DNA of 64,000 nucleotides, from the NCBI GenBank assembly GCA_028534125.1, contig CM052824.1:2728001-2792000 (forward strand), read 5' to 3'. This document shows positions 12,201 through 21,539 of this stretch, in pieces (positions within the stretch are counted from its first letter, which is position 1; each line of letters begins with the position of its first letter). The notes beneath the pieces were generated by a model, which saw nothing but the letters and a program-made list of their open reading frames with translations, was not told the DNA's origin and searched no databases. The position numbers were made by a program, and so were the translations under genes. Origin of the DNA: Lama glama. Its lineage: Eukaryota.

Positions 12201-15189
12201 TATGAGCAGAATATATGAGAGCTGTCAAGTACTAACGAATGCATCTGAGGACTTTAACTGAATTGCACTTCATAAGATTACGTGGATGATTGTTGTCCGC
12301 CACCAATAAAGTCACAAGTAAGTCAGTTCTAGACACAGGACACATGCATCGTTGCCACACTTCACAATGTGCTTTGTTTCAATGAATGAGTTATTTAGGG
12401 CAGAGACTTAATGAGGCCCAGATATTGGGGCTACGGAGGGAGAGGAAAGTAGGGACCTGTAGAGACCTATGGATTGTGAGATCCAGGGAATGCTGCATCC
12501 TATAAGCAGGGGTGCTTGAGAGAGTACAGAGGGCCAAACAACATCACATTTTCAAAGGCTTCATAGAGAGCAATGTGTTTGCCCACAGAAAGACCTAAGC
12601 AGTTTTTGCTTCATGCATTCAGTTGCTTGAGGAGACAAAGATTTTTAAGTATGGGAGTCAATGCACCAAAGAGAGTATATGAAAAAGTTTTTTTTGGTGA
12701 CAGAAATGTGAGACACCATTGTTCCATTTTAAAACAGGAGTGAGCAACTCACCCAGGGTCACCCAGTAAATCAGAGGCAGAGCTAGGGTAAAAGACATGT
12801 CTCTCAACTCCAGTCTAGGATTCTTTCCACTGCATCACCTTCGACCCTACCCAGAGCACAGCTTTGTTCTGTACTACGGTCCTACTGGACCCTGGCTATT
12901 TATTTCTCAAGTGACTTTCAAAGAGTGCCAGAAGGCAGGAGAAGAGACTCTGAACAAATCAAATCTGATCTCTGTACTGGTAAAATAACTAAAATGTGCT
13001 TTGCTCTTTTTGGTTCAGTTGCATGTCTTTGTGGGGTGGACAGCACACGCGTCCTATGTGGGAGTCACCACCGTGAGACCACTTACACTGCTGTGAAATG
13101 TCCCATAGAATATTTCTTAAAATTCAATAAATTTTTAAGATTCTGGAGTCACTCTATAGCTCTCAACTCTAACATCTATATTTAAAAAAAGAAGACAGTT
13201 CAACACCAGGGTCTTTGAGATTGGAAAGTGATGACAACACAAGACCTTTACTGTGTTTGTAGGGGACATGTGTATTATAATGAACATTTCTACATGTAAC
13301 TTCTTTTTCAAAGCTGCAATGCACAGTTTTTTATTTTGCTTTCTCAATATTTGATGTAGGCAGTATTCCATTCCAGACTTAGATAAAACTGATAGGTTCT
13401 GAATGGTATAATTTCATTCTCAATTACTTAAATTATTTTTTTCTCAATTACTTTTAATGTCTTCACTTTTTTCCTTTAGCCACATAAGATGGATATATAT
13501 TTTGTCTATCCATTTTTTAAAATTATTTTTTTAAATTAATTGAGTACTCTTATTTAGATAGAATCAGCACTTGTGTATCACTCAGTGTGTTTCCTAAGAT
13601 GAGATTGATTAATGACCCAAAGATCCAGTGTTTTACCATGCTAAGTTTGTTTCACATTTGAACTTAATTGGACAAATATTACCTCCCTACCTGCCTAAAG
13701 GATCTATAAAATATTGCTCCTTGATCTTTATGTAAGAAGCAATTTATGTCAGAAGCTAGTTCACTAGCAGGTTAGCGGGACCTAGTGCTGGAAGAGACAA
13801 TACCTCAGGATTGGTGCCTGGGAAAGTGTAAATTTTGCCTGTGGATTTAGATATCTGTTTCACAAGGCTGCACCACAAAATCCTCACAACTTTATTATAT
13901 GTTTTCCATGTTCGGTTACACTGTCAAGTTTGGTGGCGACTGAGCCAGGTGGTGTTTAAATTTCCAAACACCTTAAAATTTGATTGCCTCGGGCAAGAAA
14001 AACTGACTACTCGGTAGGCACAAGTTGTAGTAATTTCAGGCAAGACATTGTCAGAATCAGAGGAGTGAAAACCTTTGCCCGTAGATTTTACTATCACATT
14101 TACATTGACTTTTACGCATTTCAGCAAGGCTTTAAAACAGAGGCATAGGCAGTGCATTTCTGTAGGTCTTAATAAAACATCAATATTAAAGGATTTTGAA
14201 AAACCCCTTTTACAGGACCCCAGAAGCTGTTCCCCCCTCCCCTTTTAAAGCACTTTCTCTTATTGCCTAAAAATTCAAGTACTCTCTTAACTAAGTGCAG
14301 ACTGAAATATTTCACTATGGATTTGAACAAGAGCCAAGAGGGTCGATGAAAGGAAAACTTCTCTCTATAAAAGGTTTATTGTCAATGCTTTCTAAAGATG
14401 TAGATTCTTCTAAAACAGGCTATCAACATTTTCGCAAACATTGACGCAGCCTTCTCAACTTCTCCTAGACCTAGGATTCAGGTCTTTTTCTTTTAGGAAT
14501 GCTCTGCGTCCAGCCTCTGACCTTCTGGATAGCCAGTTCTATCTAACTGTTCCCTCCTCCCTCAATATAACGTGTATTATAAAAAGGAAAGGGGGATGGG
14601 GTAGCGTGGTCCTCACGCTATTGGGAAAGCACTTGAAATTCCTTGCATTCCTTCGCATTTAACGGCATGTTTACCTAATCACCAGCTTATTAGGATTAAC
14701 ACAAGTCATTGCTTCAAGCTCATTCAGTGAAAACAAACTGACTCCTATAGATTCTAACAATTTTTCTCCTCTGATCCCAACCATGGGTAAATTTTTAAGT
14801 AGTTCTCCCAAGTTTTAGGAGCATATTAGAAAAATATAAAGTTATAAACAAGTCCTTATAACACATTATCCAACCACACTTAATCTTGCCCATGGGTTTA
14901 GATATGGGCAGCCTGGGTTATGGACTGTTTTCATCAAAGTTTCTCTCCTCTACTGAAGGGGCCTGCAGAGTTACTAGTGATTAAAATGATAAATGACTCT
15001 ACCATACCCACCTCACAGAGACTGTGTGATGAAGACCCTTAGGCTTTGAATTCTTATGAAAATAAAGCATTACTATTTAAATCACAAACTTAGCTTCTGA
15101 TTCCTTCAGGTGCTTTGTACAATGCTTGGTGTTCAATACCTGTTTTTGAAACAGATGGCTTTAAATGCCAAGATTTTTCTCTCCTGAAG

Positions 15190-15310
15190 ACATAAAAGCA
15201 ATCATTGTCCTGTTTTTGTCCCTGTTTAGTTCCCTGCTCTATCCCGAGCACCTGGAACAGTTCCTGGTACAAAGTAGGTACTCAGTAAATGCTGTTTCAA
15301 TGATTGGATG
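15190..15310 (+). mobile_element. L2 3' end just beyond the CCN1 poly(A) site
   Basis: cacctggaacagttcctggtacaaagtaggtactcagtaaatgctgtttcaatga. Confidence 0.7.
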
Positions 15311-15374
15311 TATAAGCAAGATTGTTCCCAATGGCTTTGGACATTCTTTAAAAACATTGACTGCCATACACTCA

Positions 15375-16022
15375 GATATTAGGTAAATATTTCTTTATTA
15401 AATGATTAATTCCATAAATAAATTCTTTTCACTGAATATAAAATTAAAATCATTTACAAATTATTCCAGTATTACATTTCCCCTCCCTCCCGAGAGCTAC
15501 ATTTTGATAAATAAAAACATTCAGACTTGAAACACCTGATTTCTGTTTGCAATTCTGAGTGCAGATAGCTGCCTCTCACGGACACTCACGGAGTGTCACC
15601 CTCGGGAAGGGATGGACCCCCCCGTCCCATTTAGGTCTATCAAAGAATGCTCTAACTGTCCAACTGACCTGATTATCTTTCACAACTGTAGAACCGAAAG
15701 GAAAGACGCCTAGAGAAAAATACGCTTACCAATAATTTACAAACAGAAAACAGAACGTCATCGACACCAAGCTCCAAGATGAAGCAGGAACGTGTGCTCC
15801 AATATTATGAAGCAAAGTATTCTCCAGTGGCGGCTGCGTCAGTGTCCATACGCACCAGCACACCCGGCAGTTTCCAAACACCTTAATACTACTCAAGAAC
15901 GAGCAATGCATCCCTTCTACAGTGAGTCCCTTCACCCCACCGCCCCCACCCACGTCTGCGTGATTCTGCCACTCTTCTCTCCCCAGCTGGTCCAGCCTGG
16001 TGCTGGGAACCCCTGGGGGCAC
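15375..16022 (-). other. CCN1: CCN1 3' UTR, GC/G-rich proximally and AU-rich distally with several AUUUA pentamers
   Basis: Lies between TAA and AATAAA; plus-strand 'taaat' copies between 15384 and 15512; cleavage site approximate. Confidence 0.8.
15394..15399 (-). terminator. CCN1: CCN1 polyadenylation signal AATAAA
   Basis: tttatt on plus strand ~625 nt after the stop, with U-rich upstream and GU-containing downstream sequence. Confidence 0.85.
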
Positions 16023-16325
16023 TTAGTCCCTGAACTTGTGAATGTCGTTGAACAGCCTGTAGAAGGGAAAGGCGGCCTCGCTGGCATGCGGGCAGTTGTA
16101 GCTGCACCTGCAGGACTGGATCATCATGACGTTCTTGGAGAACGTCTCCCCGTCTTCGCAGCGGAAGCGCATCTGCACCGTCCTGGTCTGCTGGGGCGCG
16201 CAGCAGCGGCCGTCCGCGCAGGACCCGCAGTACTTGGGCCGGTACTTCTTCACGCTCGAACAGCCAGCGTAAGTGAACTTGACCGGCTCGGGGGACTTCT
16301 TGGTCTTGCTGCATTTCTTGCCCTT
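16023..16325 (-). CDS. CCN1: CCN1 exon 5 coding part (CT cystine-knot, heparin-binding), 100 aa + TAA
   Basis: Acceptor cctacag|AAG at 16327-16326; [10 protein letters not shown] and [14 protein letters not shown] motifs; TAA at 16025-16023. Confidence 0.99.
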   Translation of the reverse strand, partial: KGKKCSKTKKSPEPVKFTYAGCSSVKKYRPKYCGSCADGRCCAPQQTRTVQMRFRCEDGETFSKNVMMIQSCRCSYNCPHASEAAFPFYRLFNDIHKFRD

Positions 16326-18040
16326 CTGTAGGAAAGAGGAGAGAAGGGGTGTTAGCGCCGATATTTCTCCTTTTTGGAAGAGAGGTTCGCGTGTCGCCCA
16401 GCGGCCTGGGAACCGCAGCACTTACTTTCAGGCCGCTGTACACCGGCTGTCCACAAGGCCGCACCTCACAGATCCGGGTTTCCTTCACCAGGCGGCATGC
16501 AGGGTTGTCGTTGGTAACCCGTGTGGAGATACCAGTTCCACAGGTCTTCGAGCACTGGGACCATGGAGTTGTTTGGACGATACATTTCTGGCCGTGCAAG
16601 GAAGGGTTGTACAGAATGCGAGGCTCCATTCCAAAAACTAGAGGGACAAACAAGAGGGAAGATTTCTCAGAGACATCCCTACACAGAGTCAACTATTCTT
16701 GTTTCTCTAAAGCTTCCAACTAGGAATGGACCTCAGTACCACCTCTCAGTCTCAAACTTACCCGGGAGCCGCTTCAGGGAGCCGCCTTTGCCAACTGCAA
16801 TTAATTCATTGTTTCTCGTTAACTCCACCTCGGAGGCATCGAATGCCAGCTCCTTGCCCAGGAGGCCGTCCCTGTCATCCATGGGGTCCTTGGCACCATC
16901 CTCGTCGCAGACCCACTCTTCACAGCACTGCCCGGTGACTTTGACCAGCTGGGGGTTGGGACAGCCCAAANNNNNNNNNNNNNNNNNNNNNNNNNNNNNN
17001 NNNNNNNNNNNNNNNNNNNNNNNNNNNNNNNNNNNNNNNNNNNNNNNNNNNNNNNNNNNNNNNNNNNNNNNNNNNNNNNNNNNNNNNNNNNNNNNNNNNN
17101 NNNNNNNNNNNNNNNNNNNNNNNNNNNNNNNNNNGAAAGAAAAGGAGAAGAGGATTAAAGGGAAGATTCCGAACGACGACCTGAAACGCACACATATTTT
17201 CTACTGTTAAATTCAACTTNNNNNNNNNNNNNNNNNNNNNNNNNNNNNNNNNNNNNNNNNNNNNNNNNNNNNNNNNNNNNNNNNNNNNNNNNNNNNNNNN
17301 NNNNNNNNNNNNNNNNNNNNNNNNNNNNNNNNNNNNNNNNNNNNNNNNNNNNNNNNNNNNNNNNNNNNNNNNNNNNNNNNNNNNNNNNNNNNNNNNNNNN
17401 NNNNNNNNAAACTTCTGGGCNNNNNNNNNNNNNNNNNNNNNNNNNNNNNNNNNNNNNNNNNNNNNNNNNNNNNNNNNNNNNNNNNNNNNNNNNNNNNNNN
17501 NNNNNNNNNNNNNNNNNNNNNNNNNNNNNNNNNNNNNNNNNNNNNNNNNNNNNNNNNNNNNNNNNNNNNNNNNNNNGCGCAGACTTTACAGCAGCCGCAG
17601 CCGTCCCGGACCAGCCCGACTCCCGGGGCGCACTTGGGCGCCTCCAGGGGGCAGTGGCAGGCGGCAGGGCAGGTGGAGAGCGCCTGGAGTGGGGAGAGGA
17701 TTCGCGTGAGGCTCTGCGCGGTGCGCAGGAGGGGCGCGCTGGGAAGGGACGCGGGTGTCTGTCCCGGGCGGCAGGGGGTCTCTGATCCGGTCCAGCCCAG
17801 CCACCCCGGGAGGGTGCGCGGGGTACCCCCCGCACGTCTTCAGGGCGGGCTTAGAGAACGAGCTACCCCGAAACGCCCCCGAACTTTTTTCAGTTTAGCT
17901 TTTCCTGTCGCGGGCCATCTGGGAAAAGGGGAAGGGGCTGGGAGAGAGGATCCGGGAGCGGTGATCAAAGAACTCACCAGCCTGGCCAAGTGGAGAAGGA
18001 TGACGGCGAGGGCAAGCGTCCTGGCGGTGTGGGAGCTCAT
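16023..18040 (-). CDS. CCN1: CCN1/CYR61 matricellular protein, spliced CDS join(18040-17978, 17683-~17470, ~17118-16762, 16637-16426, 16325-16023), ~382 aa
   Basis: Translation gives signal peptide [26 protein letters not shown] motif [11 protein letters not shown] end [21 protein letters not shown], hinge [17 protein letters not shown]1 [11 protein letters not shown] and CT domain ending [12 protein letters not shown]. All visible splice sites are GT/AG and in phase. Exon 2 end and exon 3 start lie in N-gaps and are inferred from ortholog exon lengths (214, 357 nt). Confidence 0.99.
16426..16637 (-). CDS. CCN1: CCN1 exon 4 (TSP1 domain), 212 nt
   Basis: Acceptor ctctag| at 16639-16638, donor AAA|GTAAGT at 16425; [35 protein letters not shown]...YSGLK. 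Confidence 0.98.
16762..17118 (-). CDS. CCN1: CCN1 exon 3 (VWC domain + hinge); only 16762-16970 is sequenced
   Basis: [69 protein letters not shown]; donor G|GTAAGT at 16761; minus-strand polypyrimidine tract at 17134-17152 abuts the gap. Confidence 0.95.
16971..17576. other. Assembly gaps inside CCN1 (16971-17133, 17220-17408, 17421-17576); further gaps at 3587-3686, 20091-20366, 21828-21967, 45598-45697
   Basis: N runs; the two exactly 100-N runs are probably unknown-size placeholders. Confidence 0.99.
17470..17683 (-). CDS. CCN1: CCN1 exon 2 (IGFBP domain); only 17577-17683 is sequenced
   Basis: Acceptor ctccag|GCG at 17685-17684; [36 protein letters not shown]; 3' end inferred inside gap 17421-17576. 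Confidence 0.93.
17978..18040 (-). CDS. CCN1: CCN1 exon 1 coding part (signal peptide, 21 codons)
   Basis: gccacgATG Kozak context; donor CTG|GTGAGT at 17977-17972. Confidence 0.98.
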
Positions 18041-18270
18041 CGTGGCGCGCAGGAGGGGTCCGGGCGAGCGTGGAAGCAAAGACGCCGACACACCGGTGCG
18101 CAGCGGGCGGGCCGGCCTGGCTTGGCCTGGCCTGGCTGGGACGGTGGGCCGGGCGGCGGGGAGGCGAGGGCCGGGAGGCGAGGGAGCTGCGGGAGTCCTG
18201 CTCTGGAGGTCCTTCCGGAGGAGGAGCGGAGGGCGCGGGCGCTGCTCGGGGGCGCTCTCGCTCGCGGTCT
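18041..18270 (-). other. CCN1: CCN1 5' UTR (~230 nt, GC-rich, no upstream ATG)
   Basis: Begins AGACCGCGAGCGAGAGCGCCCCCGAGCAGCG, matching the CYR61 mRNA 5' end as I recall it, ~29 nt downstream of the TATA first base. Confidence 0.85.
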
Positions 18271-18292
18271 GCCCCAGCGCCCGGAGCCCGCC

Positions 18293-18299
18293 TTTTATA
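18293..18299 (-). promoter_or_regulatory. CCN1: CCN1 TATA box (TATAAAA)
   Basis: ccATATAAAAggcggg at about -29 from the inferred TSS. Confidence 0.92.
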
Positions 18300-18327
18300 T
18301 GGCCGGCCAAGGCGCCGCGTGTTGCAG

Positions 18328-18335
18328 TGACGTCG
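18328..18335. promoter_or_regulatory. Proximal CRE-like site (TGACGTCG)
   Basis: 7/8 match to TGACGTCA at about -60; CYR61 is an established CREB target. Confidence 0.75.
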
Positions 18336-18372
18336 GCTCTGTCTGCGCGTTCCAGAATTCTCAAACATCTCA

Positions 18373-18378
18373 GGAATG
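18373..18378 (-). promoter_or_regulatory. TEAD MCAT element (CATTCC) in CCN1 proximal promoter
   Basis: agCATTCCtg at about -105; CYR61 is a canonical YAP/TAZ-TEAD target. Confidence 0.8.
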
Positions 18379-18426
18379 CTGGTTGGCGCGGGCTCCTGCC
18401 AAGCGCCTCCCCTGGCTCCGTTGCAC

Positions 18427-18446
18427 TTTTTTTTTTTTTTTTTTTT
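18427..18446. repeat. T20 homopolymer in the CCN1 promoter
   Basis: 20 consecutive T. Confidence 0.95.
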
Positions 18447-18687
18447 GTCCTGGACCCGTCAAGAAAACAATCTTCCGTTTTTTCCACTTTAAATAACTTA
18501 TATTGGGGAGGGCTCTTCTTGGCGTGATGCAGATGATAGTGGTAGAAGGGCCGAGGGGGCGAGTTCAGAACTTTGCCTGGACTGGGAGGGTGGGAAGACC
18601 TGGGAGGGAGGAACAAAAGTCGTTTTGTTTGGTGATGCCGAGCTGACCAGGCGGCCTTGGAAGCTCTCACCCGGGAAGGCAGCGAGC

Positions 18688-18702
18688 TGTTTACTTGTTT
18701 AC
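18688..18702. promoter_or_regulatory. Tandem forkhead (FOXO-type GTAAACA) sites
   Basis: tgtttac-t-tgtttac: two perfect copies back to back at about -420. Confidence 0.6.
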
Positions 18703-20636
18703 AGCGAAGGTGAGGGTCAGGTTATCTATCGAGAGAGGCGAACGCGGAGGGGGAGTGGGTCTGTGAGCCAGGAATCTATTTGAGGATTTCATAGAGGCGT
18801 GCTCAGCTCAAGTCCCAAAGCTTTGGCATGGTGTTTATTAGCCCAGTTAAGTGTATTGCAAATTAATACCCTCAGTGGCATTTATGAATGAGAAGGGGGA
18901 AAAAATCAACTTCCCCCATTGTCTGGCAGATTCCCAGGCAGAGGTCTTCCCCCTTCCGCTCCCCCCCGCCCCTTTTTTCGGTACGTCGTACTTGTTTGTT
19001 TTTGGAGGTTCCCACTTTAGTTCCAGCCCACTGCCTGCGTTGGAAGTCCGAGAGGAAACGAACGCAGGGAGTTCTCCGGGAGGCTGACTTACGCTTCCTC
19101 ACGGATGCGGGAGACTTGGGTAAGCCCTTCCAGCCTCCCTCCGCCTGAGGGAGGCGACTCTAACTAAGCACCTGGCCGGAAGCCGGAGGGGACCACCGTG
19201 TAGTGATTTGTATTGAGAGCACCTGTATATACTGCAAAGCCAAACCAGATTCCATCACTACTATGTCCAGGGGATCTCTGGAAAAAGCAGACTCCTTAAA
19301 GCTGAAAGTTTGGCAGGGGGTTTAACTCCTTTCCTTGGGACCACTTAAAAGCCTCCCTTTCAAGTGAACTGCAATGCTTTGCTCTCTAAGAACAGAGAAA
19401 TAAGAGATTTAGGACGTAATATTCTGTAGTAAAAAAGTTAGCAGATTCTAACTTTCTATTCTACCTGCAACACACAATAGAAGACCCCTAACAAAGCAAT
19501 TTACTTAAACATCAAGTATCATTAGTATGAGTGATAAACTTTCCCTCAAAGTTTCACAGATTATCTTCTTGTGTAATTTTCATAAAAATATACACAATAA
19601 TTGTGCCAGTGTCCCTTTTAGATGTGCTCTTGGAGAACTCCTTGTCCTTTTTAATGTTTAGGGCTGTTCAGTCTAAATGACTGAGCAGTCTTGCTTAAGG
19701 AGGCCTTCAGTGTGACTTTTCTATGACTGACTCTGATAAACACAATGAGAAGCTATTGCAATGAAAATGTTTCCAGTGAAGAGAACTGTGGCAGGGAAGA
19801 GTTAAGTTTCGTTCATTCAAAAGTGCTCTTAGAGGCTTTTGCTAGAGAGAGTAGGATCTCTAAGGTTTCCTTGGAGGGTTGTGGTGGGGGGATGTACTTT
19901 TCACAATAGACTGTCAGGTGTTCTGGGCCCTACATCCTACCCAAGCCAATTCATCAATTACTTGGAAAACGTTTTTGTTTTTTCCCTTCTATCAGAGTTT
20001 CCTTATTCTTTCCTCCTCAATGAAGTGACAAGGGATGGGGGGTGAGTAGGCGCAGTACAGGGTGGGAGGAGGTGGTGGAGAAAGAATGGANNNNNNNNNN
20101 NNNNNNNNNNNNNNNNNNNNNNNNNNNNNNNNNNNNNNNNNNNNNNNNNNNNNNNNNNNNNNNNNNNNNNNNNNNNNNNNNNNNNNNNNNNNNNNNNNNN
20201 NNNNNNNNNNNNNNNNNNNNNNNNNNNNNNNNNNNNNNNNNNNNNNNNNNNNNNNNNNNNNNNNNNNNNNNNNNNNNNNNNNNNNNNNNNNNNNNNNNNN
20301 NNNNNNNNNNNNNNNNNNNNNNNNNNNNNNNNNNNNNNNNNNNNNNNNNNNNNNNNNNNNNNNNNNAAATAAAATTACAGTGGATGATCCAGCTGGCTCG
20401 TATGTATACCTTGTTCCTTTATTGAAGTTGTGTGTGGGGAGGAGGGGGACCCCAAAGAGATTCAGTCTCTGCACAGCATGCAACACACACCATTCCAGAG
20501 ATGCCTTTAAAAATCAGATTAAAGTTTTCTAGCAAGGGTGTGTGGGGTTTTTTTTTCCCCTGGACTTAATCTGGGGAGTCTTGGAGGATAAGTTTGCCCC
20601 AGAGGAGAAACTTACAGAACCTCACAGTCCGCTGCC

Positions 20637-20942
20637 CATTTAAAGCAGGGGGTGTGTTGTGGGAGGGGGTGGGAAGCGGGAGCAAGCAGGGCCAAGAGGT
20701 GGGGGAGCCGGAGAGACAGAAGTAACCTATGTGCACAGCCTTTCCATGTACTATGTCCTGGTGCGCCTGCTAATAAACCACAGCATCAGGCGAGAGGAAC
20801 AGCAGCTCCTCACGTCCAGCTAGAGGCAAGCCCAGAAACCCCAGACGTCGGTCGCCTTCTGGCGTCCTCCGCTGAGAGCTGCAGATCAATCAGTTCACGT
20901 TGAGAATTTGGAGGGTAAATGTGCAAACGGTTATGGGTAAGT
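20637..20942 (+). promoter_or_regulatory. Candidate divergent promoter and non-coding first exon of the long DDAH1 isoform
   Basis: TATA-like cATTTAAAg at 20637-20645 and perfect donor TGG|GTAAGT at 20937-20942. Recalled human synteny puts a DDAH1 upstream TSS ~2.4 kb from CCN1 on the opposite strand. No DDAH1 coding exon is in the window. Confidence 0.4.
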
Positions 20943-21232
20943 GTCTCCGGGTGCTAATTCTGCATGGCTCTTCTGCTCTTTCCTCCCTCCCTCCCTCCCT
21001 CTACGGGTGCCCCGTGAAGGAATAACGGGCCGCCTTGTTTCCCTGGGCTGCAAGGCACAGAGAAGGGGCTGCTTGTCTTCTCGGCTCCTGGCTTCGGGCT
21101 GAGCGATGGGAACGTCTCTCACCCGCTGATGCCAGGGAATTTTAGGTCACCGAAAGAAGGGTTCACTGTCCGGCGGCAACTGAGAGTAATCATCACCCTA
21201 AATCTGGCGACTCCGGTTTCCTAGCCCTAGAC

Positions 21233-21397
21233 CAGTGGTTCTCAAACTTTGGCTCGCATCACAGTCACCTGGAGGACTGGTGAAAACACTGACCCCACTG
21301 GCCTCACCCCAGAATTTCTTATTAGTTTACATTTCTAAGAAGTCCCGAGGTGATGCTGATGCTGCCGGTCCGAGGACTCACACCCTGAGAACCACTG
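21233..21397. mobile_element. MER5A-like hAT-Charlie MITE
   Basis: Perfect 12-bp TIRs CAGTGGTTCTCA/TGAGAACCACTG; degenerate 8-bp TSD ccctagac/ctttggac. Confidence 0.85.
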
Positions 21398-21539
21398 CTT
21401 TGGACGGCAGGATTGCTTGTAATAGCTGCGTGTGTGCGTGCGCATGTCCTCGTAGGTACTTGTCTGTCTCACAAGTCCACTTTTTACAGCCACCTTAAGG
21501 AACAAACAATTTATTGTGACTGCCAAAGGCCAGCTTTAG

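Larger units (their letters stand above)
17577..18420. promoter_or_regulatory. CpG island over CCN1 promoter, exon 1, intron 1 and exon 2
   Basis: Very high GC content and CpG density. Confidence 0.9.

Noticed and set aside
7975-13453. Short direct duplications (ggttacaaggcat at 7975/7995; ttctcaattactt at 13417/13441)
   Set aside because: Two-copy slippage or repair duplications with no array structure; not CRISPR-like.
15792-16331. 179-aa plus-strand ORF antisense to exon 5
   Set aside because: Shadow of the GC3-rich CCN1 codons; non-ATG start; no independent gene signals.
18291-18302. CCTTTTATATGG as a CArG box
   Set aside because: It has 8 A/T between CC and GG and is better explained as the TATA box.
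17634-18670. Long ORFs (297, 276, 168, 157 aa) over the CCN1 promoter
   Set aside because: Expected in CpG-island DNA that lacks stop codons; low-complexity Pro/Ala/Arg/Gly translation. Only the exon-1 part is real.
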